Below are positions 10,991-23,937 of a stretch of 64,000 nt of DNA, piece after piece; the first letter of the stretch is position 1; every line of letters starts with the position of its first letter. The position numbers and the translations under genes were made by a program. Under the pieces are notes generated by a model. That model was not told the DNA's origin. It did not search any database and worked only from the letters and a program-made list of their open reading frames with translations. Source of the stretch: Felis catus (taxonomy: Eukaryota); NCBI RefSeq assembly GCF_018350175.1, contig NC_058384.1:6014001-6078000 (forward strand), read 5' to 3'.

Positions 10991-12617
10991 AATGAGCCAT
11001 TGTGATGAACTTTGTTATGGGATCCCATACCATGGGGTATGATCTTAAATCGTTTTTACATATGCAGTGGAAAAGTGTCATACGTGACTTCACCTATGAC
11101 AAGCCACACCTCATGCAGGAAATGTGGGGAGATCATTCGTCAATAGCTTATTCTGTGCATTAGCTGGACCAAAGGAATCCAGTGGGCATTTTCCTAGTTG
11201 TTTCAAAGCAGGATATTAAATACAGCACCTAGCACAAATTGCTTTTTTATTTGGTCAGTAATGGATGGGTTGGTTGAAATGGCATTCAGATGCCTGAAAA
11301 ACTGGGATAAGGAAGAAGGGGAAAACGCTCTACATTTTTGTGTATATATTTAAAAGTTGATGAAGTTGATTTTTAAGAGCTGGCACTTTGAAAGAACTGA
11401 AATTTTGTGTGAAAGTTGGAAATCTTGCTGATGCTTCTTCAGGTATTTTCCTCTAGGGTGAGACAGTGAAGGGATCTATACATAGAGTTTTAAGAAAATC
11501 CACAAAGTTTGTTATTGTACTCTGCAGAGAGGAAAAGATCCAAAATACATAGTTTGTGTGGCTCGCTTTCCCCATATGATACGGTTTTTTTTTTAACAGG
11601 ATAATGACTCTGAAGTGGGACAGACCTGCTGAGAGTTATTTGAAGTGCAGAGCAAGTTGCCTTGAATTTCCTTTCCATTTCAGTATTTTTCCTTTCCCTG
11701 AAATCCTTTAAAAGTTTGGTATGATCTTATGAATTTATTATGGCATATGTTAGTTTCACCTATTTCTTGAAATCAGTAGATAGCATAGAGTTGTTCTATG
11801 ATTACCCTTGACAATCATTTGTGTTTCAGTGTAGTAATATTCTGTTGAATTTGAACGTGAGATGTCCTTCATTAATTCAGTTTGGCTAGGCATATCTAAA
11901 GAATATAAAAAACTGTGGTGCAGAGCAAGTACGTTCTATGTAGTGTTATAGCCAAGCATACAGTTTAGAGAAAGTTGTATTATAGGTGGTATTGTGGCTT
12001 TAAACTTAGGAATTAACCTGTGAATCTTGTTCTAATTTGTAAAGAATAAAATTGGCTGGCGTGCATTTTAACTTTATGTCAACCTTCTAGTCTTCTGTTG
12101 TTATAATTTCCTCTGTGATGCCACAGTTATATTTAGTTTTGAATTTATTGGAAAACCTTGTGCTCTCTTGGACTTTTGAAAAAGAATTTGATAACAGAAA
12201 AAAATGTTGGAGCGATTCACAGATGTTACCCATACTTCTGAGACTTGGCATTGGGTTACTTGGTAGAAGGCGTCCCACAATGAAAGAAGACTGGAATGGC
12301 AGGCAGTCACTCTTGGTGCTATCACTTATCTTGTTATGCTAACAGCGAGGAAATAACGTCCTCGGTTTTGATTGGTCACAGTTTTCCTGGGCTCACAATT
12401 GTAGTGCAATAGCTGTTACATAGATTCATTTTTAGTCAAAATGGGGTAATATATGTGAAAGCACTCTGATAACAAACTGTTGTGTGGAAGAGATTTTTAA
12501 ATTCTCTATTTTGCTTCCCTCCCTGTATGCCCAGTACAGTCCTTGTCACAGCGCATGCAGTCAGTACCTGTTTACGGACTGAATGTGTGCAGGCTGTATG
12601 TTTTTTCCTCGAATGGC

Positions 12618-12831
12618 ATTTTATTTATTTATGTTTTTAATTTGGAGAGAGGCAGAGACCCCTCGAGTGGGGGAGGGGCAGAGAGAGAGAGAGGGAGAGA
12701 GGATCCCAAGCAGGCTCAGCACTGTCAGCGCAGAGCCTGATGTGGGGCTTGAACTCATGAAACCGTGAGATTGTGACCTGAGCCAAAAACAAGAGTTAGA
12801 CGCTTAATCGAATGAGCCACCCAGGTGCTCC
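12618..12831 (-). mobile_element. SINEC (older feliform subfamily)
   Basis: Antisense SINEC body and head. Confidence 0.92.
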
Positions 12832-14239
12832 GTGAGTGATATTTTAAAAAGATGTTTGAAGAAGTTTAATTATCGTTTAAGACTGAATGGTGTGTTGCCG
12901 TAAGTAAACCAGTATCTTTTAAAAGTTGTTATAAATATCATTAAGAGAATATGCCATTCTTTCTCTTTTTTCCTTCCACAATAGATAATTTTGGGGCAGT
13001 GTTAATGCTTAATTGTTTGGGAGTTGAAACTTGACTTCATTTCAACAAAAAGTATCCAAGAATGTGGAGAAACGTGCTAGTCCTCACAATTAGCGGACGT
13101 CTATAGCAAACGTACTTTAATGAATAAGGAAGAGGATTTCTTGTGATTTTAATTACATTCCATAACATTTGAGTTCAGGTTTGTTTTTAAGATGACTTAA
13201 TACCATTCTCTCTGTTGACTTACAATATTAGTTTGCTTAGTGTGTTCTTTATTAGTTATGCAAAGCTGTATCTTCTCTCTTTCATTCATGCACTCTTTCA
13301 TTCATCCTGTATTTGTTGAGCATCTCTTATGTGCCAGGCACTGTCAGATTGCTTTACTAAATAATAATAATGCTGTTGAATGAGATACAAGATGTGAAAA
13401 TGTTTTGTAAATTGTGAAGTGATATCCAAATGCAGTTATCAAATTTGCAAATAGTTTTGAATGAAAAGTACCTTTAGTGTAACTGCTTTGTGTGAATTGT
13501 AAATTGAATCTGCCAAGAATTTTGTATGCTTTTTTTTTTAAGAATAGACAAAATTAGATTATTCAGCAATGAAATATTTAGTGCAACAAGCTTACAAGAA
13601 AAAGAAACCAAATTTTGTCTCTTAGAGCTCATTGGGTAGAACACAGTTCTGGAGAAGTTGGGACCGTAGGAGGAGGTGGAGTTCATGTCCAGCTCATTGC
13701 TCATCATTTTGCAGAATAATGTTTTTGGCAACACGGAACACTGAGTGGGAGAGTTAGATGACTTGGTTGCAAGAGCCTTGCCACTGTAAGGAAATTAAAT
13801 CAAAGAATATGGTTTACTGCTTAAGAGTCAGTAGCATTGTGTTTGTGCACACGAGATAGCATTTATTTCTAGCCTATCGGTTGTAACTCTGAAGTAGTAT
13901 ACGTTTGAATGTCTTCTAAGTTATTTCATAGAATGTGTCATTTTAGCTGGGAGTCCTAGGAGCACCTTTAAAGCTGAATATTACGATTACGGGTAGAATT
14001 TGGTAACATTTTAAGATGCAAATGGATAAAGCCATTTCTATAATGTGGGTTTACTGGTCCTGATGACGATTATAAATTGTGTCCTGTCGATTTAGCATAC
14101 ATATAAGCAGTTTAATCGAAATGCATAAGCACTGATAAACATTTTTATCACAAAAGCTAGTTTTTTGAAAGTTTCATTATAAAACAAAATTCATTGATTT
14201 GGGTTGACCTGGATATTTCCGTATATTGTTTTGTACTGA

Positions 14240-14370
14240 AGGGGCAGTGCTAGTGGAAAGAACATGTGCCTGGTTCTCTGGTGTCTTGGTTCCCTCAGAA
14301 AGCAGCTGTGTGACCTTGGGCAAGTCGCTTCATCCATCTGTACTCTGTTTCCTCAACTATAAAATGAAGG
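14240..14370 (+). mobile_element. MIR fragment
   Basis: AGCTGTGTGACCTTGGGCAAGTCGCTT...CTGTTTCCTCAACTATAAAATG. Confidence 0.75.
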
Positions 14371-14599
14371 TCCTTTCCTACTTTGAACTCCCAACAATGA
14401 AATGTCAACTTAAAAAGTGCAATGAATTTTGAAAATACTTTTGTTTTTTAGTGTTCTTTGCAAGGGTGTTGTGATGCAGATTATTTTAATGGAAAGGGAT
14501 ATGTATTATTTTTTGGTTATTATTGAATGTTGACCTCTGATCTCTTCTGACCCCTGATCTCTTCCATTTCCAATTCCAAGAATATTGAGATAGGAGGGT

Positions 14600-14630
<31 letters not shown>

Positions 14631-15128
14631 AACCCAAATTATATCATTTTGCAGTCAGAAAGCAAGAATGACTTCAATAGATATGAGGCCCCTTGCTACA
14701 AGTGTTGCCAAAGAGAAGGTCTGTAGTGCAGCTCTTCTAAAGTCATCGTTTTGCACTAGTGCTCCCAATATTTAATTTTTTTGTAATTATTTATGTAGTA
14801 TAAAGAACTAACCCTTTTCAGTTATCCAGTTCTGGATTATGTAGCCAATTTTCAGAAAGTTACATAAATCAAATTAAAATGACGTTTGGATTCTTTACTG
14901 AAGGCTTTTGTTTTTGTTTTGTTTTTGGCCCGTTTTTTAGTGGCGAAATGAGTCTTGTCTTGTGTGATGTGGCCATTTCTCAAAGTGTGCCCCCATGGAT
15001 ATCAGTACATGCTGCTAAAGAAAAAAAAAAAAGAGCTCTGTGTGTTCAATAAATTTAGGATTTGCTGAGATAATTAAGGTTATATATACATACTTTATAT
15101 CTTTAATATGTTAATAGTGATGTTTTAA

Positions 15129-15333
15129 TTTTTTTTTAATGTTTGTTTATTTTTGAGAGAGAGACAGAGCGTGAGTGGGGGAAGGACAGAGAGAGGAGAC
15201 ACAGAATCCGAAGCAGGTTCCAGGCTCCGAGCTGTCAGCACAGAGCCTGACGTGGGGCTCGAACTCAGGGACTGTGAGTTCATGACCTGAGCCAAAGTCG
15301 GGCACTTAACTGACTGAACCACCCAGGTGCCCC
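15129..15333 (-). mobile_element. SINEC_Fc with 16-bp TSD
   Basis: TSD AATAGTGATGTTTTAA at 15113-15128 and 15334-15349. Confidence 0.96.
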
Positions 15334-15924
15334 AATAGTGATGTTTTAAGAGAAAGATATGGCTTGTGGAATTTTCCAAACTTATTTGGCCAGAGAATTT
15401 TTTTCTCTTTTCATCTTTTTTTCTTAATTTTTTTGGAATTTCGTTTAGTATTGTTTCAAACATATCTTGGCAAAATACACTCAGATTCTAATATCCCTTT
15501 GGACTCTATGTAGTATGAGATCCAATGACTACGGGGACAGTCTTGGCCTTACCTGTGGGTGCTGAGGGTACCTATTGGGGTGGTTTTCTATTCAGCCACA
15601 CAAACTTTGTCAGGGTTTAATTCCTGACTCAGTCTTGATTCCTGACTGTGAAAGGAGTAGGCTTTCCACTTAATTTGCATTGGGAAAGGGGTTGTAATTC
15701 AGTCCAGTACCAGTGAGGGAGTCTAACCTTGAACTTACTGCTATGCACTATTTATCAAAACCCAGTCTGAGAAAGTAGTATAGTTATATAGTCCATCTAT
15801 CCATTTTTGTGGTTACCTAATATTTATGCCTAAATTTATCTAAAATTATGTTTCTGGACCATATAAATGCTCATGTAGCTGGACCACAGTTTTTGGTCCC
15901 TTTCTGTGGAAACATAATTTTTAA

Positions 15925-16111
15925 GCTTACTTATTTATTTTGAGAGGGGGAGAGGCAGAGAGAGAGGGAGGGAGAGAGAGAATCCCAAGCAGGCTCTGCA
16001 CTGTCAGCACAGAGCCTGACTCTGGGCTCGAACTCACCAACTGTGAGATCATGACATGAGTCAAAATCAAGTGTCAGACGCTTAACCGACTGAGCCACCC
16101 CCCGGTGCCCC
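15925..16111 (-). mobile_element. SINEC (older feliform subfamily)
   Basis: Degenerate TSD TCTGTGGAA..TTTTTAA on both sides. Confidence 0.92.
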
Positions 16112-16459
16112 TCTGTGGAACTATTTTTAACTCAGCTTTATCTTGGCGTTTTCCTCTTTTAGGTTGAGGGGGACAATAAGTAAAACTCATTAGTGTATGT
16201 ATCAGAGTATTTTTGAGGACTTTGTTACCCTGCAAGCTATCTTATAAAGACCCATGGGATACATTTCAGATTTTTATTCCAGGAAAAATTGTGTTCCCTC
16301 TGAAGCAACTTCTTTTTCTCTTTTTAAAAATATTCGTGGATACTGTAAATACTGAAACCGATGGTGTTTCCTTATTTGCATCGCTTCCTGAAAGCTTTCT
16401 GCTAAATTTGTGGCCCATCTTTTACAGATATGTAGACTTCTACTCTGGCTTCTTTTTGT

Positions 16460-16900
16460 CTTAAGGCAGTATAGTTTCTGCAGGCTCTGGAGTCGGCCGT
16501 ATTGGCTCCATCCTTGAGGAGCTCTGTTGGATTCAGGCAAGCTGCTGAATTCTGTGAGCCCCAGTTTCCTCTTCTGTGAAATGGAGTTAATGGGGGTGCC
16601 TGGGTGGCGCAGTCGGTTAAGCGTCCGACTTCAGCCAGGTCACGATCTCGCGGTCCGTGAGTTCGAGCCCTGCGTCGGGCTCTGGGCTGATGGCTCAGAG
16701 CCTGGAGCCTGTTTCCGATTCTGTGTCTCCCTCTCTCTCTGCCCCTCCCCTGTTCACGCTCTGTCTCTCTCTGTCCCAAAAATAAATAAATGTTGGAAAA
16801 AAAAAAAAAAAAAGAAATGGAGTTAATGGTACCCTCCTAGGGCTACTGTGAGGCTTACCTAAGGGTAATAGACGTAAGCACTTGTTCTTGACACATCTCA
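16460..16900 (+). mobile_element. MIR interrupted by a SINEC
   Basis: GGCTCTGGAGTCGG...CAGTTTCCTCTTCTGTGAAATGG | resumes GTACCCTCCTAGGGCTACTGTGAGG. Confidence 0.7.
16592..16813 (+). mobile_element. Young SINEC_Fc with 16-bp TSD
   Basis: CpG-rich copy, long A tail, TSD GAAATGGAGTTAATGG at 16578-16593 and 16814-16829. Confidence 0.97.
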
Positions 16901-17659
16901 AATACTCCGTACTTTTTTCCACTTTCATGTTCCCCATGTTTCACCTCGTCTGCTTTTAAAAATAATTGATTATATATTATTTGTAATATTTTATTCACAA
17001 TCTAAAAATTCACTGTAATCTAATTTTGTAATCTAAAATATTTCTTGGAGCAAGACAGACCAACCATACCTAAGTGTTGGTTTCTTAGCATGTTGTATTT
17101 TGCATAAAATATAGCAACTAAAAACATTCACAATTGCTTTGCCATAAATATTCCTAAATTTACAGAGATTTTGAAACTAGATGTACATGAGAGTTTACTT
17201 TTAGTCCACTTCACTTTCATTTTCTTCCCTTTTCCCTTCAGACACACAGCCCCACAAACAGATTTTCTGTGTTATTTGTATAGGTGGGTCAGTGGTTTCT
17301 GAAGGCATTTTTTTACTACAGCCTCTTAGGTTAAAAGTTTCACTATCGTTTGAAATCTGTCACAAGACCAGGGNNNNNNNNNNNNNNNNNNNNNNNNNNN
17401 NNNNNNNNNNNNNNNNNNNNNNNNNNNNNNNNNNNNNNNNNNNNNNNNNNNNNNNNNNNNNNNNNNNNNNNNNNNNNNNNNNNNNNNNNNNNNNNNNNNN
17501 NNNNNNNNNNNNNNNNNNNNNNNNNNNNNNNNNNNNNNNNNNNNNNNNNNNNNNNNNNNNNNNNNNNNNNNNNNNNNNNNNNNNNNNNNNNNNNNNNNNN
17601 NNNNNNNNNNNNNNNNNNNNNNNNNNNNNNNNNNNNNNNNNNNNNNNNNNNNNNNNNNN

Positions 17660-17705
17660 NNGAGCGATGTCACCATCGTGAAAGAAGGTTGGGTTCAGAA
17701 GAGGG
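17660..17705 (+). CDS. AKT3: AKT3 (RAC-gamma Ser/Thr kinase) first coding exon, N-terminus of PH domain; rest of the CDS lies beyond the window
   Basis: 17662-17705 reads G AGC GAT GTC ACC ATC GTG AAA GAA GGT TGG GTT CAG AAG AGG G = (M)SDVTIVKEGWVQKRG, the AKT3 N-terminus (AKT1 is MSDVAIVKEGWLHKRG, AKT2 is MNEVSVIKEGWLHKRG). It is followed by GTAAGT at 17706, giving a 46-nt phase-1 coding part as in AKT genes. The AT of the ATG (17660-17661) is inferred under Ns. Confidence 0.96.
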
Positions 17706-18689
17706 GTAAGTGTTCAACAAAGCTGCACATAATGTGGTTGGTAAGTGTGCGAATGGTTGGTGGTGTCCTGGAAGTTGATATTTTTCCTGACGCTGTTAAC
17801 AAAGTAAACGGACATACTACGTCCAGGAAGAGAGAAATGATATTTAACATATGTGTTAGGAATTTGCTTGTTATGTAGGGATTCTAAGTAATTCCTGATT
17901 TTGATCCTTACTACAGTTCTGAACATTTGGCTCTCTGGGATGTTGTGTGCTTGCATGTTACAGAAAGTTCCTGTTGGATTTTTCTGTGCTGTCCACAGCA
18001 ACTCTGCAATCCAGAGAGATGTCTGTAGGACGATTTAATAATCTAGAAAAGTGCCTAACTTGTATGCATTTAAAGACATGTAAATTTATATTAAGCCGGT
18101 TTGGGTGAAAGCAGGGGGAAGGGCTTCTAGGGTTAAAGGGGAAAGAGCTCACCCACAAACTTCTGGCTTCAACAACCCTGTAAGTTAGGTGAGGAAAGTC
18201 CTAAAGTAAGAGACCAACTGAAGAAAGGGTTTCTGCGTGTGTGTGTTTATGTTTAATTGCATACTTTTATTTTTCATGATCTAGTTTTAGTATTTCTTGT
18301 TTGCTGTTCGCTCCTACTTTAGATAAATAATTCAAATGCATTATTATTCTTTTTACATTATTTTTACTTTAAAGGAAGAACTCTTTAATGTAAAGCTTAG
18401 TTTATCTCCTAAGAGATCACCTTTTAATGTGGTCAATGTGTTTATTAAGAAATCTAGAGTGTAGACTCGTTGCCAGGCAACTACTGTTTATCCACGTGGC
18501 CAAATTGAGTAGTATGAGGACTGTTGCATTCTTAGGACTTTTAAGTTCCTGTATACTGTATCTATTTCCTGATTAAAAGTTACCTTTTAAATAGTGATTT
18601 CAATGTTTTTTGCGGGTCTGTACTTAATACCTATGTTTGGAAAGTCATTGTCAGTAGTTAAATGGGATTATGTATTACTCATTTCTAAA

Positions 18690-19250
18690 AATTCATCCTT
18701 ATTGAGTTATAATTTCCATACCAATACAATTCCCCTATTTTAAGTGTACACGGGGATGAATTTTGCTACATGCATGCAGTAGCATAACAAACACTGCAGT
18801 CATGACGTTGAACATCTCTGTCACTCCGAAAGCACCCCTATTCCGCTCTGCAGTCCGTCCTCTTTCCTGAGCCCTGGGACCCCTAATCTGCTACAACTGT
18901 AATCTTCCTTATAAGTACACTCATCTGGTCCTCTGTGTCTGGTTACTTTCATGTAGCATAATACTTGAACGATTCATCCACATCGCTGTGTACATCACAA
19001 GTTTGTTCCTTTTTATTGTTGAGGCATGTTCTGTAGTCTGGACGTACCACAATCTATTTATTTACTGGCTGATGGATATTTGAGCTATTTCTAGTTTGGG
19101 GCTATTACACATAAGGCAGCTATGCACATTGGAGATCATGTCTTGGTGTGGTTTGTTTTCCTTTTCCCTTGGGCAGTGACCTGGGAACGAGATTGCTGCT
19201 CATACGGTAAGTGTGTGCTTAACTATCAAACGGTTTCAGCCAACTATTGT
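18690..19250 (-). mobile_element. Old L1 (L1MB/ME-type) 3' end
   Basis: TTTCATGTAGCATAAT...GATTCATCCACATCGCTGTG...GATGGATATTTGAGCTATTTCTAGTTTGGGGCTATT. Confidence 0.75.
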
Positions 19251-20299
19251 ACAATTGAGTTTAATTTATTGTATGTTATATTATAAATTTAGAAGACATT
19301 TTCAGATTTCACTGCTGTCTGAAGGTGCTTTTTCTTTGTTTTTTTAACTTGTCTATTATATTTATACTGTCTTTCCTACTTTGTTTTTTGGGGACGGCAA
19401 ATCACGTAAACCTTTTGGAGTAATACTTTATGCACCTCTAATGTCTGCTCCCATTAAGTCTGTTTTGACGATTAAGTGAGGTGATGGATGTGGATGTGTT
19501 TTGAGAGCTTGAACACAAGTGTAAGTTATTGCCGGCACCACATGTTGTCAAAGATTTAGGGTTGTTCTTGAGTTTGTTTAGTTAATTGCGTCTTACCTGA
19601 AACACCATGATAAAAGGTCGGTTTAAACTGCGTGGGGCATAGAAGCAAGAAAAAACTGGACCAGGATTTCTTTGCATTTTTCCTGCCTTGGTTAATAGTA
19701 CACAAAGATATAAAATGATAAGTAAAAGTCTTTTCTGTCGTGTGCTCTTCCAACTGGTTTCTCTCCTCAGAGATAACCATTGTAGACCTTTTGTATTTTA
19801 TACTTTTTTTGGTGATTATTATCCCAGTTTTGTGTATAATACGCTAAGCTTTATTTTTGAGTAGTCTTACATAATCTCATGTATCGCCCTTATGAAAAAT
19901 GAAGAATTTGACTTGTTAATACCTGTTCTCTTCCTTCCCTAAAGGGAGGGAGTGGGCTCATGGTGCACTCTTCATTCTAGAAAGTACTTACACATCATCT
20001 CTAAACTGACCACTTTGGGAGTACCCTACACAATCTTTCCTCTGAATTTCCCACATTCCCCTCCCAGTTTGTGGCAACTGAACGTTTATTTTATATTTTC
20101 AGGGTTTGTAATAGTTATACTTGCTGATTCGGAGAAGCAGTAATCGATATTATGATAAGTAAACAGTACCTGCTGCCAACCAGAGCAGTATGGTGGGTGC
20201 GTGTGATGGGAGCCATAGAGAGCAAATGATCCCCTCATACTCTGTTGGTGTTCAAGATCATGACGCACTTTGGTTTGGCCTCTGGTTTGGGCTATAATG

Positions 20300-21400
20300 G
20301 TTTTTCCTGGATTTTCTAATTGTCACGTTTCCTCCCATTGGTAAAAGAGTGTATGCTTTGCTGTCTTCCTTGTATCACTTGGTCATCCAGCTTTTTAATC
20401 CTGGTATTTGTCAAAATTCTATTGTGAACTGACCTTTTTCTAGGTGTGATACTCAGCTAGTAGCATGTTATTTAATTGCATTCCTGGACAAGTTCAGTGC
20501 TTTCTTAGATCTCCTGTCTTTCCCCTATTTGTTTTGGATTTATTTTATGGTTTTCTAGAAGTAGTTTTTTTTTTTTTTTCCTTTTTTCAATTTACTGAAG
20601 AACTTCTTTCAGAAAGAATATGTCAACACAGTGTTTGAAAATGTGCTTTTCACTTTTACACCTGATGCATACCTTTGCTGGGTATAGAATTCAGTTGTGA
20701 AACAGTTTTCCTTCAGAGTTTTGAAGGCTGCATTCCGTTACCTTTTGGTAACCAGTTTTACTGGTAAGAGGCTTAACACTAATAGGAGTAATTTCTTTCT
20801 AGGTAACCTGTTTGTTGTCCTCTTGAAGTTTGTTGTGTTCATGCCTCTTTATCCTTGGCTTTATAAAATTTAAGGAGGATAAGATGTGGTTCTTTTTAAT
20901 TCACCTGTAAAGCATTTGGTGGACCCTTAGAATATGCAGGCAAATGTGTTTAATTCTGGGGAGTCTTCTGTATTTCTTTTGTTATTTTTTCCCTTCTGTG
21001 TCTTCTGTATTCTTGTATGGTTTTTTCCCTTAGAGCATCTATATCAGTGCTCTGTTTTAAAATTTTTTCTTTAATTTCTTTGTTTTCTCTCCTTGTTCTG
21101 GAAGATTCCTTAACTTTTTCTTTGAACCCTTTACTGAATTATTTATTTCAGCTATTACTTTATATTTCTGGGAATTCTTTGTAGTTCCTAGCCACCCGCT
21201 CTTATTTTACAGATTTTTAATCAAAGCACACCAACGAGACTATTTTTAAATTTTTTATCTGCTTCGAATAACTTTTTCAGTTTGTTTATTTTGTTTATTA
21301 TTTTTTTTTCCTTGGTGGTGTTAGTATTCCTCAGGTATCTGATGATCCCTGTTGGTTTATTTGTGAATGAAAGACTGAGTTTACTGGTAGTGACCTCTGT
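20300..21400 (-). mobile_element. Degenerate L1M fragment
   Basis: T-rich antisense L1-like text, e.g. TTTGCTGGGTATAGAATTC...TTTTCCTTCAGAGTTTTGAAG. Confidence 0.5.
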
Positions 21401-22749
21401 CTGTTTTTGTAATTCATGTATTTTCCCTGTACTTACGACTGGCTAGATTCTCTGAATGAGGATTTGTAATGGTACTTTTAACTGGACTCTTACAAGCATT
21501 AGTTGAAATATTAGGGGAAACCAAATGGGGCATTTTTTTCCTCTGAACTATTCTTAATTTATTCCTTTAGAGATTTTCAGTATGATTTTAAGAATAATCT
21601 TCTGTTTTAGTCAAGCAAATTTCATTAGTCTGTTGTTGCTGTTTGGACATATTTTGGCTCAAAGAATTTCTTCTTAAAGAGTAGTAGTATTCTCTGCCTC
21701 TTTACACTGGGCAGGTAGATTATCATCACCTGAACTCTGGTGTACTTGTTTTAAAATAAATATATAATGTCTGCCTTCTTTACCTCACAGTGTGCTGGTA
21801 AGCATTGTGAGCTAATGTGTACAGAGTATTTGTAAACTATTAATAAAAGTATCGATATAAAAAATTCACAGTTACCCTTAGTTTGACTATCAGTCCTTTT
21901 TCTCAAACTTGCATTTGTGAATCAGTTCATGTTAGCTCCTATCTAGATATAATCTCATTTCATTTGTACTTTTGATGTAAATAAGTTGTTCATCATTAAA
22001 TAGCATCCTGGAGAAGGAAAAAACAGAGTTAAAAATAATTAATGATACTGTGTGGGGCAGATACTTTCCTAACTTCGGTTATTGGTGATATATCAGCATT
22101 GAAACCTTTTTTTCCTGTACTTTTCTGGAGCAATTACAGAATGGTAAATATTAATTGAGATAACACATTGATGTAGTATTGTTGGTGTCAGAAATGACAG
22201 TAAAGGAAACGTCATGTAGCACACGTGGAGTAAAGTACCGTCTACATTTTCCTGCTTGATGGTCCTGGGAGAGCACATCAGCTTAGGAGATACCTGCAGA
22301 CGTGTTAAACACTTCTTAGACTCTCTCCTTCACAAGAGAGAAGTGACCAGAGGCTGGTCACAGACCAGCCTGTCTGTACTGCCAGTCTCTAAACCTGATG
22401 TCAAAAGTTTTACTCTAAGTTTGTCCTGTTACAGTAAGGGCTAATAGTTGCTGTGAAGAAAGGTGTTGCATTAATAAAGTGGGAAATTTAACCAGCTTAA
22501 AAGGTCTAAATTATTGAATTAAGTAGGTTGCAATAGCATTAACCAGGGCTAATTGTAATTTATAAAATTCCGTTTGCGTAATAGTACTGTTTCCTAAGAA
22601 GGTAAGTAGTCTCTTCTAAAGGTGGAGAGCCAGTTCCTTGACAACATGTTAAAATCTGTAATGTATTGGTGGTCAATGCACAGTCTTACAATGCTGAAAT
22701 TGGTACAAATTTAAGAGGTGGTTTTATCATTAAAAACATTTGACTGATG

Positions 22750-22965
22750 GGGGTGCCTGGGTGGCTCAGTCGGTTAGGTGTCGACTTCGGCTCAGGTCAT
22801 GATCTCACGGTCCGTGGGTTCGAGCCCCGCGTCGGGCTCTGTGTTGACAGCTCAGAGCCTGGAGCCTGTTTCAGATTCTGTGTCTCCCTCTTTCTCTGAC
22901 CCTCCCCTGTTCATGCTCTCTCTCTGTCTCAAAAATAAATAAATGTTAAAAAAAAATTAAAAAAC
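22750..22965 (+). mobile_element. SINEC_Fc with 17-bp TSD
   Basis: TSD AAAACATTTGACTGATG at 22733-22749 and 22966-22982. Confidence 0.97.
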
Positions 22966-23686
22966 AAAACATTTGACTGATGAAAATGCTGCATGCATAT
23001 GATAGTTTCTTAGGCTTTTTGTTGCTTTGATATCTAACAGATTGAACTTCCAGGTTGTGTTCTGTGTGCGTAACCAGTTTGTGCTTTCAAAGCACTCCTT
23101 GCCTTAGTTTGCCTGCTACTTAAAGAGTTTCCAGTTCAAGGATCTTCATGAACTGTGTTCTTGGAATAACACTTGTTTTGTATTCTATGAACTGATTTGT
23201 TTAGGTGAACCGGAATGTTAGTATTTGGTAATTCCAAGCTACACTTGATAAGTCTATGAATTTTCTGTCAAAATAGCTTAATGCCACTATGCAGAATGTT
23301 TAGTAACGCGAAGATTGTAAGCTGGGCTATGTGTTAACATGAGATTGTTGTGAGCTAGTCAATTATAAGCTGTTCTAGAAAACAGAATCACAGTTTTTGG
23401 GGTTCTCATCCAAGTCCAAGGGCTTTTTCCTTAACTTTGTATGTACTTGTACAAGTACCTTTTGCTTCTGTTTTATTCACAAAGTGAGTTTTAAATAAAT
23501 GATCAAGTGCTTATAGAAATAGAAAACAACTGTATGATTTTGTTTACTACGCAGAAGCAAGCATTTTCCATAGAATGTGGAGAGCTGTGGTAGCCACTGT
23601 ATAAGTCACATGATAGTTTAGAGAAGCTCACTTGACTATTAATGTTACAAGTGGGGAATAAACATGATAAAATTAAATTTATTTTC

Positions 23687-23937
23687 TTAAAAAAAATTTT
23701 TTTTAATGTTTATTTATTATTGAGAGAGAGAGGGAGAGAGAGAGAGACCATGAGTGGGAGGTGGGGGGGGGGGGAGGGGAGGAGTGGGCAGAGAGAGAGG
23801 GAGACACAGAATCTGAAGCAGGCTCCAGGCTCTGAGCAATCAGTACAGAGCCTGATGCGGGCTGGAACCCATGAACCTTGAGATCATGACCTGAGCCAAA
23901 GTCAGATGTTTAACCGACTGAGCCACCCAGTCGTCCC
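23687..23937 (-). mobile_element. SINEC_Fc with expanded G-rich insert
   Basis: Antisense SINEC; TSD-like TTTATTTTCT on both sides. Confidence 0.93.

Noticed and set aside
17292-17709. ORFs spanning the N-gap before the AKT3 exon
   Set aside because: Artefacts of translating Ns; two are in the wrong frame and one is antisense
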